Shown piece by piece: positions 29,780-52,137 of a stretch of DNA of 64,000 bases (its first letter is position 1; each line of letters opens with the position of its first letter). Position numbers and translations under genes: made by a program. Below the pieces are notes generated by a model. It was given only the letters and a program-made list of their open reading frames with translations, did no database searches and was not told the origin of the DNA. The DNA is from the human T2T-CHM13v2.0 reference genome, Homo sapiens: assembly GCF_009914755.1 (NCBI RefSeq), contig NC_060927.1, one strand, 5' to 3'.

Positions 29780-30520
29780 TGATCCACCCTGCCTTGGCTT
29801 CCCAAAAGGCTGGAATTATAGGCGTGAACCACTGTGCCCAGCCCATGATTAATTTTTAATATAAGATTATTATTGTATCTGTTGAAATTCTTACTGCTTT
29901 AGAGTAATAAGGTATCATCTAAGCATTCTATACTACCAAATGGAAATGAATGAGATAACCCCTAAATATTACCTACACTTAATGATGGAGATGATATTTT
30001 GGTCTACATGAATATCTGCAGTGTACAAAATAACTCCTTCCTTTCTCATACTGAATCAAGTAGAGTAATTATTCTACTGAAGTCTCTTTCAGATTAGGCA
30101 AAGTTTGTTGAATTTCTGCCCCTTCTACTCTAACTTGTATATATGAGTGTACAAAGTTCTAAAGTCTATTAAAGGCTGCCATGTTAATTTAACTATGGTT
30201 CTAATATAAAAACTAAGCCATACTTAATATGATTAATACCTAGAACACGGCTGGAATATACCCATCATCAATTTTCATTATCCAAAGTTTTAAAATTGCT
30301 GCCATAGATATTAATGGTATTTCTCCTAATAGAGAAAAGTCTACCTTAACAGTAAAATTTTTAAGATATGTTATAGCAAAAGTTTTTTCTACTCTTAACA
30401 CATAAGCCAGTATAATACACCTATCAATAACATTTAATTACTACAGCAATAATTCTCTCAAAAGAGGCAGCTGCCCTAATGAATCGTCAATTACTTTCTA
30501 TAAAAGGCTTCTGATAATCA

Positions 30521-30694
<174 letters not shown>

Positions 30695-30763
30695 TTATTC
30701 TAGAATGGAAGGAAATTTAAATTTGAGCTCAGTTCAGGTGAGTGGAAGAATAAAATAATTTCA

Positions 30764-31099
<336 letters not shown>

Positions 31100-31350
31100 T
31101 CATTTCCTTGCAGAATTGAAAAAGATCCATAAAGGAAATACTCATTAAATGCTCAAATTTGAAAGAAAGGTAGAAAGGAAAAGGAAAGAAAGAGATGATT
31201 CTATGAATTTATTAAAGAAATCAACAAAAAAATAAAACCTGACATATTTAATTGAAAATTTCTACCACATAGTCAAGCTAAGCTTATATTCTATTCCATA
31301 TATGGATAAAATCCCTTTATTGTATATATAATAGTATTTTTTTTTTTTAA

Positions 31351-31485
<135 letters not shown>

Positions 31486-31488
31486 TGA

Positions 31489-31635
<147 letters not shown>

Positions 31636-32737
31636 TAAAAGTACATTTTAAAGAACTCCATTTACAATTTAAAAATATAACCACATGTGTATTTTTAAAA
31701 GAGATTTGTATTTTCAAAATGGAGATAAAGATAAAACTCGGGGAAAGGAAAAATGGGAAAGCTCAAAAACTGCATTATAGCTATTTACTTGGGCTGAGGA
31801 CTTATGAATGTGATAATGGTAAATTTTTATATTCTCATGGGCTCTACTACTAAAAATAGTCATTCTGACACTAGTAACTTCTGTTTTCAAATGACAGTTT
31901 TTTAAAAAAATAAAAGTTTGCTTTTCTAGGGAATTCTAAAAAAAATTTACTTGTATATAAAGGCTTAGATTTTGGAAACTGCTTTTGAATTTTGAAGTAC
32001 TGATTAGTGCAAAAGCTATATTCAAACTCTCTTTGGACAACAAAGTTCTTTTTGTCCTTTCTTCATGGAGAAGACCGGCATATCTCATTACAATGCAAGT
32101 GAAAATTACAATTTGACAACACAAATTTCAGCCACCGCACCCAGCCTTTTTTTTTTAAAGAGAGAGTCTTGCTCTGTTGCCCTGAGGTGCAGTGGTGTAA
32201 TCTTGGCTCTCTACAATCTCTGCCTCCTGGGTTCAAGCGATTCTCGTGCCATAGCCCCAAGAGTAGCTGGGAATACAGGCGTGTGCCACCATGCCCGGCT
32301 AATTTTTGTGTGTGTTTTTTTTTTTTTTTTTTAGCAGAGATGGGGTTTTGCCATCTTGGCCAGGCTGGTCTTGAACCCCTGGGCTCAAGTGATCCACCTA
32401 TCTCAACCTCCCAAAGTGCTGAGATTACAGGCATAAGCCACCATGCCTGGTCCCAAATCTTATTTCTTACTTATTAAGAGCAAGATTTCTAAAAGCTATC
32501 ATTTGAAAATTATACCTGTAGCACTCTAGTGATAAAATAAGCCTAATTTGTTAAATACTCATGGGCTGAAACTTTTACAGTATATATTCATTACATTAAG
32601 TGATAGCTAAATCATTACAGTAAATAAATTTTATACCTTAAGTAATTAAATGATAGGCCAGGCACAGTGACTCACGTCTGTAATCCCAGCACTTTGGGAG
32701 GCCGAGTGCCAGTGGATTGCTTGAGGTCAGGAGTTCA

Positions 32738-32932
<195 letters not shown>

Positions 32933-33721
32933 TCAAAAAAAAAAAAAAAAAAAAAAAAGTAATTCAGTGATAGCAAAACATAATCATCTAGAGAAAACTG
33001 AATAAAGGAAAAACATATCTCAATATTCTCTAAAATTCCCATTTTTTAAAAAACAACTATTTTGTTTTAATTGAGATAGGGTCTGCCTATTGCCCAGGCT
33101 GGTCTCAAACTCGTGGGGCTCAAGCAATCCACCTCCCTTGGCTTCCCAAAGTGCTGGGATTATAAGGTGTGAGTCATCACACCAGGCCTAAAATTCCCAT
33201 TGTTATTAATGTCAAACACAACAATCAGTCAGTGTATGTTGGCTGTTACATGTCATTCACTAAATCTATTTTATCTTTTTGTTGTTACTGAGATCAGATC
33301 TCACTATACTGCCCATGCTGAAGTGCAGTGGCTATTCACAGGTACGATCATGGGCCAGTGTCATGATCAAGTGCAGCCTTGAACTCCTGGGCTCAAGTGA
33401 TCTTCCTTCCTCAACCTCCCAAGTGGCTGGGACCATAGCTGTGTGCTTACACACCTGGGTTACTACATTTACTTGATTTATTTATTTTTTGAGACAGCCT
33501 GTTGCCCAGGCTAGAGTGCAGAGGCACGATCTCGGCTCACGACAACCCCCACCTCCTGGGTTCAAGCGATTCTCCTGGTTCTCCTGCCTCAGCCTCCTGA
33601 GTAGCTGGGACCACAGGTGGACACTCTCATGCCCAATTTTTGTATTTTTTGTACAGACAGGGTTTCGCCAGGCTGGTCTCCAATTCATGGCCTCAAGCAA
33701 TCTGCCCATCTCGGCCTCTCA

Positions 33722-33853
<132 letters not shown>

Positions 33854-34540
33854 CTATAAAAAAAGGAAACATCACATCATTACAACTTTACTCACCTTAT
33901 AGTATATTACTACTTATTGCCTAAATAAAAATTCTTCTAAATTATATTAATAGTATATATTCATTGTAGATCCATAATACAAATAAGCAAAAAGGCAAAA
34001 ACACCCATAACTCTAACAACCTAGAAATAATTTCTGCATTTTAAATAATGTTGTGATAAACATGACTTTGAAAAGTTTTCTGATACTATAGATAAAACCC
34101 TTTAAAATTTCTAAGAGAAAAATGTACTTGAAAGATTTTCAATGATTTCCAATATTTTATTTATTGTCAGTCACTTTTGTAGCTTGAAAATCACAAGGAA
34201 AATCATAAATAATGGTTGAAAAAAACTGGTAAGTTTCAATAGTAGGAAAGAGTCTTTTATAAATCAGTTACATGGTCATCAGAGCACAGAGAACTATGGA
34301 AATTCCAGACTGCCTTATATAGATTGATGAGAGAGAGGGAAAGAGGAAGAAGTCACAGAAATAATTAGAAAATAAGCAATTGGAGATGTTTGCTGATATC
34401 TTGGGCATACCATTGATAAGCAGGCATCCTTAAAAGTAGACTTAATTTGTACGCTCTATTCATTAGCATATCACAATAATTCAGCAATATTAAAATGTAA
34501 ATTAGGTCCCAGAAATAGAAAATGAGTTAGGAAAAAATTA

Positions 34541-34750
<210 letters not shown>

Positions 34751-35072
34751 TCACTTGAACCTGGGAGGCGGAGGTTGCGGTGAGCAACGAACTGAGATCG
34801 TGCCACTGCACTCTAGCCTGGGTGACAAAGCAAGACTCTGCCTCAAAAAAAAAAAAAAAAAAAATTTCTTGAAAGAGAAAAGAAATTCTAGTTTTTATGA
34901 CAGATTTTTAGAATAAAAATAAGGCATAACCAAGGCTGATCTTTATAGAATACACAATTGTAATAAGGTTGCTAAGTTTTGGAAGGGGCAGACAATTCTA
35001 CTCAATTTCATTTTAAAATGAAAATGATTTACACACTCAGCTATCTTAAGTAATTCTCAGTCAATATTATTA

Positions 35073-35384
<312 letters not shown>

Positions 35385-35445
35385 CTATAAGAGTACATGA
35401 AAATAATTCAGTTAATAAAACTATAACAGCTGAATTTCAATTTCA

Positions 35446-35547
<102 letters not shown>

Positions 35548-35581
35548 CTAGAAGGAGAAGCAAAGAAAAAGACAGTAACTA

Positions 35582-35734
<153 letters not shown>

Positions 35735-37394
35735 CTAGAAACAAAATCGGAAAAGAAGAAGAGTATTGTGTTAAATTATAAATCCAAACTGTTACATATA
35801 TTGATGAAGCACTGGCAAATAATATAACCACAAATTTTAAGAGAAACTTAATGACTGAAATAAACACAAGAAAGTTTATGCAAATTTTTACATAACATGC
35901 ACTACTACCTTATCAAACAGCTAAAGTCTGGGCGAATTACTATTTGTTTATGTCAAATAAAAATATATACATATTAATAAAACCATAGTTACCATTATTA
36001 AAATACTGAAACCAATCAATACCCAATTTTTCTAGGGTTTTAATCTCAGTGTGTTAACAGTGATCTTCCTATGTTAAATATACACACACTTTTTAAAGTA
36101 ACGCCTTTTAAATACCAACAGAAGCTAACACATTCTCACTTATTTTTAAAGCACACACTAATAATATCTCTGGATTCATTTACATTTGAGTCTCCTTGTA
36201 ACTAAACTCACAAATCTGTTAAACAGCTATCAAGAAAAAAGAGTATAGTTTGTGCTCATGGAACAAATTTAAGCTGCTAATGCTCATCACTTTAGCCTGT
36301 ATCCAACATGTGAAACCACAGGTGATTCCAAAAATAAAATATTAAAATGTAAGTTCAGTTTAACATAATCATTTCCCCTAAGTATTCTGCATTTTATTAT
36401 CTTGAAGGGATTTGCCATCATAATGTCAAATGGTTTTACGGAACAGAAACATTCCAATATAAATTGCCACTTCATAAATGTGAACCTCAATGTTTAAGAA
36501 TATGTGCAAGAAGTAATAGCACTGCCTATTTGATTGTTCAGTCTTTTTTTTTTTTATTTTTTTTTATTTTTGAGACAGAGTCTTGCTCTGTCACCCAGGC
36601 TGGAGTGCAGTGGCACGATCTCGGCTCCCTGCAACCTCTGCCTCCTGGGTTCTAGTGATTCTCCTGCATCAGCCTCCTGAGTAGCTGGGACTATGGGTAT
36701 GTCCTACCATGCATGGCTAATTTTTGTATTTTTGTAGAGATGGGGTTTCACCACGTTGACGAGGCTGGTCTCAAACTCCTGACCTCAAGTGATCCACCAC
36801 GCCCGGCCTTGTTGTTCAATCTTTTAAGCATATAAAATAATCACTTTTGAATGATCTACCAACTACTGTGTTTACCTCTGCACAAAGCAATTAAGGGAAC
36901 TACATGTATGTCTAGGAATGTATTCAATACATTGAAAAGTCTTGAAATTCATTTGACAATGTATGAAACATCTAAGGATACTGATTTTAGGGAAATGGCT
37001 ATTTTTGATGGAACGATCTTTTTTTTTTTTTTTTTTTGAGACGAAGTCTTGTTGTGACACCCAGGCTGGAGTGCAATGGCGCGATATTGGCTCACTGCAA
37101 CCTCCGCTTTGCTTCCTGGGTTTGAGCGATTCTCCTGCCTCAGCCTCCCAAGTAGCTGGGACTACAGGTGCGTACCACTAAGTCGGGCTAAGTTTTGTAT
37201 TTTTGGTAGAGACGGGTTTTCACCATATTGGCCAGGCTGGTCCAACTCCTGACCGCAAGTGATCCGCCCACCTTGGCCTCCCAAAGTGCTGGAATTACAG
37301 GTGTGAGCCACTGCGCCCAGCCTGAGTGGTCATTTTGTTAGGCACTCTACATACATGAACTCATCTAGTCCTCAAAATACCTCTGAGGGGATAA

Positions 37395-38280
37395 CAAAAA
37401 TGGCATGATACCTATGAAGAAGGAATTTGCCAATATCTAACAAAATTGTATATATATTTTTCCTTTGACCTAGCAATACCAATTCTATCTCACCAACACA
37501 CCTGGTACAAGTAATGAGATATGCATAAGATTATTCATTATTTCTTTTTTGATGGAGTCTCACTCTGTCGCCAGGCTAGAGTGCAGTGGTGCAATCTCGG
37601 CTCACCGCAACCTCTGACTCCCTGGTTCAAGAGATTCTCCTGCCTCAGCCTTCTGAGTAGCTGGGATTACAGGCACGCACCACCACACCTAGCTAATTTT
37701 TGTATTTTTAGTAGAGATGGGGTTTCATCATGTTGGCCAGGATGATCTCGATCTCCCGACCTCGTGATCTGCCCGCCCCGGCCTCCCAAAGTGTTGGGTT
37801 TACAGGCATGAGCCACCATGCCCAGCTGATTATTCATTATTTCTAGTAGCAAAAGACTAGCAACAGTACAAAAGACTGTGCGTAGGTGAACTTTCAGTAG
37901 TGCATCCACCTAATAGACACTATACAGCCAGAAGAAAATGAAGACCTCCAAATAAAGACATGGACTGATTTCCAGGATACACTGCTAAAAAAAGAAAGGT
38001 ACAGAATAGTATATAAAGTATAGTATCTTTGGTAAAAGATTGGGGGGTGAGTGGGTGGAATGTGAAATATGAATATATATATCTGTATGTGTACATGCCT
38101 TTACCTATTTGTGCAAAATGAAACACCTGAAGAATAAACCAGAAACAAATAAAAATGGTTACTAATAAGAATGAGGTGTAGAGAAAGTTATATAAATAAG
38201 ATTTCTCTGACTATATCTTTTCACATGGTTTTGACTTTTTAACTAATGTAAATGTTTTACCTATTTCAAAAAAATAAGTT
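37395..38280 (+). mobile_element. Old L1ME-like fragment with an Alu inserted
   Basis: GAAGGAATTTGCCAATATCTAACAAAATTG...TTTGACCTAGCAATACCA. Confidence 0.65.
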
Positions 38281-38367
38281 TGGGAAAAAAACTCATAAAT
38301 TCAAAGAGGTAAAAACTCTATTAGGCTAAATTTAGGTCAAATACCAATATGAATGTATGATTTAAAT

Positions 38368-38450
38368 ACGTGTATGTGTGTGTATGTATGTATGTATGTT
38401 TATATATATGTATATATATAAACATATATACATATACATATATATCTATA
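38368..38450. repeat. Compound (TG)/(TATG)/(TA) microsatellite
   Basis: gtgtatgtatgtatgtatgtttatatatatgtatatatata... Confidence 0.85.
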
Positions 38451-38695
38451 AAAGAAGAAGATATGTGAAAAGTGCAAGAAAGTAATTAAAAAATAAGATA
38501 TGTGAAAAGGACAAGAAATTAGTATGAAGGGGCTTATCACTAGTCAAAGTTGGGATAGCATATACTTTAAAGACTATTAAGGAAAATTTCAGAAACACTC
38601 AAAAGCAGAACAATAACCATTAGCACTGTCATTCTTGTTTCATTAATTATCTCTCAGTTTTTTTTTTCTATGGCATTTTAGGGGAAATCCTTGTA

Positions 38696-42935
<4,240 letters not shown>

Positions 42936-43215
42936 TATATAATTTCACCCTTAAATATTTCAGCATATGTCTCTAGCAGATGAGGATCACTATAATTCCT
43001 CTGTTTTTATTTTTAAATATGAATGATTACTGTAGGGATTATAATATACATTTTTAACTTGTAACTGACTTCAGGTTGATATTGAATTAATTATAATAAA
43101 ACATAGCAATTTTGCTCCAATATAGTTCCATATCTTTTTCCCTTTTGTGTTACTCTTGTCACATATATTTATGTTATAATCTCAACACTATAGTGCTATA
43201 ATTATCTACTTAAAT

Positions 43216-43437
43216 CAGGGGTATCCAATTTTTTGGCTTCCCTGGGCCACAATGGAAGAACAATTGTCTGGGGCTACACATAAAATACACTACCACTAAC
43301 GATAGCTGAAGAGCTTAAAAAAAAAAAAAAAAGCGAAAATATCTCATAGTGTTTTAAGTTTAAAAATTTGTGTTGGGCTGCATTCAAAGCTGTCCTGGGC
43401 CACATGCAGCCTGCAGGCCACAGGTTGGACAAGCTTG
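43216..43437 (+). mobile_element. MER30 (hAT-Charlie MITE)
   Basis: CAGGGGTATCCAAT...TTGGACAAGCTTG termini; 8-bp TSD ACTTAAAT / ATTTAAAT. Confidence 0.88.
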
Positions 43438-43447
43438 ATTTAAATAA

Positions 43448-44197
<750 letters not shown>

Positions 44198-46245
44198 TGA
44201 TCCACCTGCCTCAGCCTCCCAAAGTGCTGGGATTACAGGCGTGAACCACTGTGCCTGGCTGAAGGACTTCTTTTAGCATTTCTGGTATGGGAGATCTAGC
44301 AACACATTCTCCAAATTTTTCCTTTTTGTTTCTCTGGTAATGGTTTTTTACACCTTCATCTTTGGAAGATAATCTTATTAAATTTGTAATTCTTGGTTGG
44401 CCATTTTGTTGACTTTCACTGAATATGTCATTCCACTGTCTTCTGGACTCCACTATTTCTGATAAGCTAACTGTTAATACTATTGCTACTGCCCTCTACA
44501 TTAGTTGTTGATCTCTTGTTGCTTTCAAGATTTTTTGTCTTTGTCTTTTAACAATGTGACTATGTTGTGTCTATATGTGGAACTTTTGTGTTTATTTTAT
44601 TTGGATTTTGTTAAGCTTCTTGAATCTGCAAATTGTCTCTCATCAAATTTGGGAGGTTTTCAGTGATTATTTCTTCAAATATTTTTTCTGCCTCTATTCC
44701 TCTCTCCTTTCCTTCTGGGATTCCCATTATACATATTTCAGTGCACATGATGGTGGTTCCACACATTTCTGAGGCTCTGATAGTATTTCTTCAATCTTTT
44801 TTCTTCTCTGTTCTTCAGAATGGATAATTTCTATTAATCTTCATGTTTTTCTATTGTCTCTTTCATCATCTTAAATCTGCTAATTAACTTACTCAGTTAA
44901 TTTTAAATTTGTGCATTGTACTTCTCACCAGAAATTCCATTTGGGTTTTCATTATTGAGATTCTCTACTTCTTGTTTTCATATTTTCCTGTAATTCTTTG
45001 AATATACTTATTAAAAGGCCTCTGAAGTCTTTGCCTGCTAAATCCAACATATAGCCCTACTGAGAAGCCATTTCTATTGTCTGCTTTTTTTCCTGAGTAT
45101 GGTCACATTTTACTGTTTCTTTGCATGGCTGTAGTTTTTCTTGAAAGTAGACATTTTTGAATAATACAGTAACTAAAGATTTTAATTTTTGTTTTCTTTT
45201 TTTTTGGGGGGGGGGGGCACAGAGTCTTGCTCTGTCACCCAGGCTGGAGAGCAGTGGCATGATCTGGGCTCCCTGCAACCTCTGCCTCTGGGTTCAAGTG
45301 ATTCTCCTGCTTCAGCCTCTCGAGTAGCTGGAACTACAGGTGCATGCCACCCTGCCCAGCTCATTTTTGTATTTTTAGTAGAGACGGGGTTTCACTATGT
45401 TGGCCAGGCTGGTCTTGAACTCCTGACTTCAAGTAATCCCCCACCTAGGCCTCATAAGTGCTAGGATTACAGGCATGATCCACTTAATCCATTCTCTCTG
45501 ACAACAAAGCTTCTGGTTTTTGCACGCAGTGCCACTCTGGTAACAAACTACAGATCTTATCGACCAAGCATGTGGGTACATGTGTATTGGCAAGAAGGCC
45601 ACAGACTTCCGCTGCTTTTACCTGAAGCTCTATCAATTTTTCAGGAAAAAATATTTCCCAATGTGTGTTTTTTTTTTAATCTTTGGTGAATTTCCAGAGC
45701 CCTGATGTAATGTTTTTGACAATACATTCCAGTTTTATACTTGCTTTTTGCAGAAAGATCTGCCTACCTCTTCAAACCAACAGAGCCAGGAGTCTCTCCA
45801 TCTATGATTATCTGAACTCATCTTTAATATAAATACCTGTATTACTAGTCCCATATTACAGATAAGGAAACTAAGACATACAAAAATCATTCATCTATCT
45901 AAAGATTATATAGCTGCTAAATAGAAGAACTTGCAAACTAGGCATTTTGCTTCCAGAGCCTTTATGTACTTTTAATAGACGTAAAAATCCTTAAAATATA
46001 TATATATATAAAATACGTAAGTACAATAACAGAAGCAGGTACAGGTGCTATGGGAGCATGAAGGAAAGAATCTATTTTTGGAACCTGAGTATAGCATATA
46101 GGATATAAAGATGAAGCACCATAGTCCATCATTTATAAAAACACCATGTTTTTAGGGATACAAATATCAGTAAAATTTCCAAATATTTAAGACAGTTAAT
46201 TGCCATTAAAAACCTTTTAGGAGATTTCTCACTAATGTAACTTAC

Positions 46246-46349
46246 TCTCTTGCCGGTACCCCTTCCCACTGGAGGATGTGCCTCAGCAGCTTGACGAATT
46301 GTACAAACCATTAGCTCTATAAGAGCACTCTCTTGACGATCAGACATTG
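46246..46349 (-). CDS. STAG1: STAG1 coding exon, 104 nt ((A)[34 protein letters not shown])
   Basis: ccttag|CA ATG TCT ... AAG AGA|gtaagt, phase 1 to 0, completing the codon left open by the previous exon. Contained in ORF 46129..46401. Confidence 0.97.
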
Positions 46350-46669
46350 CTAAGGTAAAACAAAATACATGAGCATGAGTAGACAGTTTTACAACAACCA
46401 TGTATTAAAAATGAACACATTATTAAAAAAACTGAAAACATTCTATTACTGCTTATTTTAAAGACTAAAGTTAAGCTCTGTACTTTGCTATTTTTTTTTT
46501 TAAAGTAATTATGTGCTTGCTGTCATAAGTCAAATAGGAAAGAGATACAAAGTAAAGAATAAGAGGATAAACTCTGGTCTCTTCTAATGCTACCTTTCTA
46601 AGTTAGGCAATTCTAAAATTTCACAGTGTTTCCTTCTACATAATTTCAAAACTCCTAATTTTTCTTTTT

Positions 46670-47780
46670 TAATGAAAAAGACTATGCCGTATGTTTTTAA
46701 AAACTTAACAGACAATATTTTTCAAGTCAATACACACATAATAATTATCTTAATAAATTACTATCTAACGTATGTACCATAATTCAGTCAGCCTTCTACT
46801 TATGGTCATTCAAATAATTTCCTGATTTTTGACACTGAACAATGCTTCAATAAACATCATTAATAGATATATATTTATGTAACTGATACATTTATTTCTG
46901 TACAATAAATTCTCCAAAGAAGAAATAATGGATTCAAATGGCAAGACCTTGATATTGAGAAATCATAAGATTATTTATTATAATTTATATCCCCAACTGC
47001 AATGTTATGAATGTTTGGTTCCTTATATCCCTGTGAACACTAGATGTTATAAACCATTTTAATTTTTGCCAGTCCAATGGTTGAAAAGGGGTATTTGGTT
47101 ATTATTTTGCTCCTTCCTATCTACTAATTAGTTAAGTGGAATATATTTTCTATTTTTCCCTAAGATTTGTCTATGTTTATTCTTCACCTGTTTTTGTGCT
47201 ACTATTCACCTTTCTTATCAATCTGAGAACTCTTGTATGGTAGGGGTAGTACTTTTTATCTTTTGAATGATGCAAGTATTTTCTCCCAGTTTGTCATTTG
47301 TTATCAGACTCTTCACGGTATCTTCTGTCAGACAGAAATTGTTAATTTTTAAAAAGCCACGTCTGTCTCCTTTTGTTTTATGGCTTCCAGGTTTCTTGTA
47401 TTGCCTTCAAAGATCTCTCTGTCCTGCAGATTACACTAATATGTTCTTCATTTTCTTCTAATTTATTTCATCTTTTGCTGTCTCGTGTGCTTGCTTGCTC
47501 TTTTGCTCTTCCTTCCTTTCACTTTTTCTGTCTCTCTTGCTTGCTCACTTTTGTATTTTTAACCTATTTGGCATTTATTTCTGATGATAGTAGGTGGGTC
47601 TGTTTATTCCCACCAAATAGCCAGTTGTCTCCACCACTGTTAAACCAGATTTCCCTTTTTAATTTAAATGTCATTTTTAAACATGGTTCAGGCATTTTTG
47701 GATTCTTTAGTTTCACTAATCTATTTGTATATTTCTATGACAATGCTTTACTGCTTTGATTATACTAGACTTATGGCATA
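46670..47780 (-). mobile_element. Old L1ME fragment
   Basis: TTTTAATTTTTGCCAGTC; TGCAAGTATTTTCTCCCAGTTTGTC; GATAGCCAGTTGTC-like L1 antisense motifs. Confidence 0.6.
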
Positions 47781-47884
47781 ATTTGTTATAACTTAATATG
47801 TAACTTAATTCAACCAACTTGAATATATAAGCAAGTTTCCCTTATCTAGCCCTTTTTCTAAAATTTTGTTTAATTTCTATAACG

Positions 47885-48125
47885 CTAATAGCAATTCATT
47901 TATTAAGAATTTTCTATATCTAAAGCACGATCATAAGTGGCTTATATGTAATAACTTGTTTTATCCACAAAACATTTCTAAGAGATAGGAACTAATATCC
48001 TCACTTCACAGACAGGGAGAATGAGCCACAGAAAAATGCACTTAGCTAGCAGTAGAGCATTCAAATATATGAACTCAGGTAGTTTGACCCCAGAGTCAGT
48101 TCTCTTAAGCACTACGCTATACTGT
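47885..48125. mobile_element. MIR SINE (similar MIR cores near 850-1015, 23215-23345, 45850-45960, 51925-52030 and 54460-54560)
   Basis: TATCCTCACTTCACAGACAGGGAGAATGAGCCACAGA core. Confidence 0.65.
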
Positions 48126-48378
48126 CTTTTCAGCATAAGCTTAGAATTCTACATAAACTTTAAAATCATTTTGCTTAGTTAGTTCGTATTCACCATATCT
48201 CCCAGAACTCTCTCAAACCCACTGGAATTATGACTAGTACCATTAAAAAAAATGACATTTTCAGCTAGAAATACAATATAGCTTTTCAGTTTTGAGATCT
48301 TAAGTCATTTAATTAAAACTATGGTTTCCTTCACATAGATTCTATACTTTCCCGAATTCTTTTTTTCTTTTTTTTTGA

Positions 48379-48594
<216 letters not shown>

Positions 48595-50189
48595 TGATCC
48601 ACCCGTCTTGGCCTACCAAAGCACGGGGATTACAGGTGTGAGCCACTGCACCCAGCCTGTTTTTTTTGAGACAGTTTTGCTCCATCGCCCAGGCCAGAAG
48701 GCAATGGCGTGATCTCAGCTCACTGCAACCTCCGCCTCCCAGGTTCAAAGGATTCTCCTGCTTCAGCCTCCTAAGTAGCTGGGATTACAGGTGTGCCACC
48801 ACACCCGGCTAATTTTTGTATTTTTAGGAGAGTCGGGGTTTCACCATGATGGCCAGGCTGGTCTCAAACTCCTGACCTCAAGTGATCCACCGGCCTCAGC
48901 CTCTCAAAGTGCTGAGATTCCAAGCATGAGCCACCACGCCTGGCCTCATTCTTACATATTTTTAAACTCAGATATTTTTGGTTTTTTTGGAAGTGGAGTC
49001 TCACTCTGTCACCCAGGCTGGAGTACAGTGGCGTGATCTCGGCTCACTGCAACCTCTGCCTCCTAGGTTCAAGTGATTCTCCTGCCTCAGCCTCCTGAGT
49101 AGCTGGGATTACAGGCATGTACCACCACGCCCAGCTAATTTTTGTACTTTTAGTAGAGACAGGGTTTCACCATGTTGGCCTGGCTGGTCTCGAACTCCTG
49201 AGCTCAAGTGATCCACCCACGTCGGCCTCCCAAAGTGCTAGATTACAGGTGTGAGCCCCTGTGCCCAGCCTTAAACTCAGATTTTGATAATTCGAATAGT
49301 TTAGTTCTTTCTTTCTCCTTCCCTCTGTATACTTATTTATATTGAAGACCAGTAGATGTAGGTATTATAGACACAGAACTAGGTATAAATTTAAGAATTC
49401 AATTAATTTACAAAGGTTTAAAAGTTTACATTGATTATTTTAAACTAAGTTGGAGCAAAATCAAAGAAAAGGCAAAAAAGATACAACATCTTGTTCTTTA
49501 TTCTGTACCAAAATTATCTTGTAAAAATATGTATGTACATCTTAATTCAGTGTTTTAACAATTGTCTTTTAAAAAAACACATGAACTTTAGCTTATCTTA
49601 GGAAAAACAAATGAAACATCAGCTTGTCCATCTGTATCCGAATGATCCAATGCCTAGTAATACAAAAAAAGCTTTTTGCTCAATAACAACTAAAGTTCTA
49701 TTTTTATGATTTCAGAAATTCATAATTTTTCACATTTGGCTGGAGCTAAAGGAAGTACAAGGCTGCCCATGAACTAAATGCATTGTCTGTTATTTAGGAA
49801 GAAAACACAGTCTTACGGAAAGTGAGGAAGGACAGAACAACTTATCTCAAGAACAGAAACATTCTCCCATTATAGTGGGAGTAAAATTCACAGTAGTGTT
49901 GAAGCTTAACTCAACCTTGCACAGTGTTCAATTCCATCAATTTTGTTACTTTATCATTTGAAGCCATCCACTTAGAAACTTACCCTGAACGGGGAGATAA
50001 GGTAAACTCAAAAGCAGTTGAAATTTAATTGAAATTCCTTTTGGGATATGACAGCAAAACTACATAATAAAATTGAAAGCAAAACAAGCCTTAAGCCACA
50101 GGCAAGAGCCAAACAGCCACACTGACTGAAACAAATGGGTAGCTGTTCATGGTACAAACTGTCATTTGAACTTCCTAACACAACATATA

Positions 50190-51500
50190 ACTATACAAGT
50201 TTCTACACAGCATCTCCATTTCCTCACTATTGATTTTAGTCTTATCACCTTGAACTCTGGCTTCTCCCTTTTAGTATCACTGAATATATATGGTATCATT
50301 GAATCATGCTTTAAAATCACCAATGACCTAAATCATCACAAAATGATTTGTGTAGTCTTTTTTCTCCTCTGCAATATATATTATTAACTATGGCTCTCTT
50401 GAACATCCTCTTTACTGGGCTTGCAAAGGTTATAATTATCTCTTATCCTTTTTATAGTTAGGTAGAACTCTCATTCTTTCTTGCTCTTCCTGCTTTCATC
50501 CCCTATCCACAATCTTTAACTCAGCCATGGGCTCTTTCCCTCTTTATAAGCCATCTCCCTCTTTTATATTTTTACCATCATTCCTCATAGAGACCACTGC
50601 AATGATTATGTATTTTTCCAAACAATGTTTATGAAAGGGATTTTTCTTAAAATATGCATTGGATCACATTATTCCCCTGTTTAAAATCTTCAAAAGCATC
50701 TTATTACATTTAGGATGAGATAAGTTCACTTATAAACTAAAATGCTCTATATCATCTGATTTCTGCTTCTATTACATCTTGTATCATTGGCTCATTATGT
50801 TCCAGCTATTGCATCTCCTAGAACATAACATCATTCATGTTTCAGATACTTTGAAACTGTTATTTCCTCTATCTAGATAGCTCTTTTATGACAATTTCCA
50901 TATCTGGTCCCTTATCGTTTAGTTTCTTTTCTTTTTTTTTTTTTTTTTTGAGATGGAGTCTCGCTCTATTGCCCAGACTGGAGTGCAGTGGCATGATCTT
51001 GCCTGCCGGGTTCCTGTGATTCTCCTGCCTCAGTCTCCCGAGTAGCTGGGATGACAAGGCGCGTGCCACCACACTCAGCTAACATTTTGGATTTTTAGTA
51101 GAAACGGGGTTTCACCATGCTGGCCAGGCTGGTCTTGAACTCCTAACCACAAGTGATCCGCCCGCCTTGGCTCCCCAAAGTGCTAGGATTAAAGGCATGA
51201 GCTACCGTGCCTGGTTGCCTTATCATTTAGTTTCTTGGCTCACAGGTGGCCTGCTCAGGAAGGTCTTCCATCAGGATTCAGTCTAAAGATAGATCCCCTA
51301 TAATTATCCACCAAAGCTACTTATTAACTCTTGAAATTATTTTGAATATTTACTCAATTTTGGTCTGCCTTCTTCAGGAGAATGTAAGCTCCATATTGGC
51401 AGTGAGCTCATCTAGTATAACACTATACGCTCAGCACTTAGCATAATATTTGACTCATATAGTTAATAAATATTTTTAAATTATTAATGAATTAATAATT
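50190..51500. mobile_element. L2 fragments with an Alu inserted
   Basis: CTTTAAAATCACCAATGACCT; GATCACATTATTCCCCTGTTTAAAATCTTCAA; GAATGTAAGCTCCAT...CAGCACTTAGCATAATA...AATAAATATTT. Confidence 0.65.
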
Positions 51501-51593
51501 CCTGCTTTTAAGAATCTTATTATTTACAGCTACTTCATTCATCAACTGGATTACAGAATGTTAGCACTAGAAATAACCAAAGAAGATTATCTA

Positions 51594-51934
<341 letters not shown>

Positions 51935-52074
51935 TTACAGTTTAAGAAGCTGATATCCAGAAGTTACTTGATTTGGTTATGGTCTTGTTACCTGGTGGCA
52001 GAGCTGTTGACAAGAACCAGATCCAAACATTATACTAAAAATTTATTCAGCAACTTGATTTTGCTGTAAAACAC

Positions 52075-52080
<6 letters not shown>

Positions 52081-52132
<52 letters not shown>
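52081..52132. repeat. (AC)n microsatellite, about 26 units
   Basis: Uninterrupted AC run. Confidence 0.97.

Positions 52133-52137
<5 letters not shown>

Noticed and set aside
47373-47759. Hydrophobic 128-aa ORF resembling a membrane protein
   Set aside because: A by-product of T-rich antisense L1 and low-complexity sequence.
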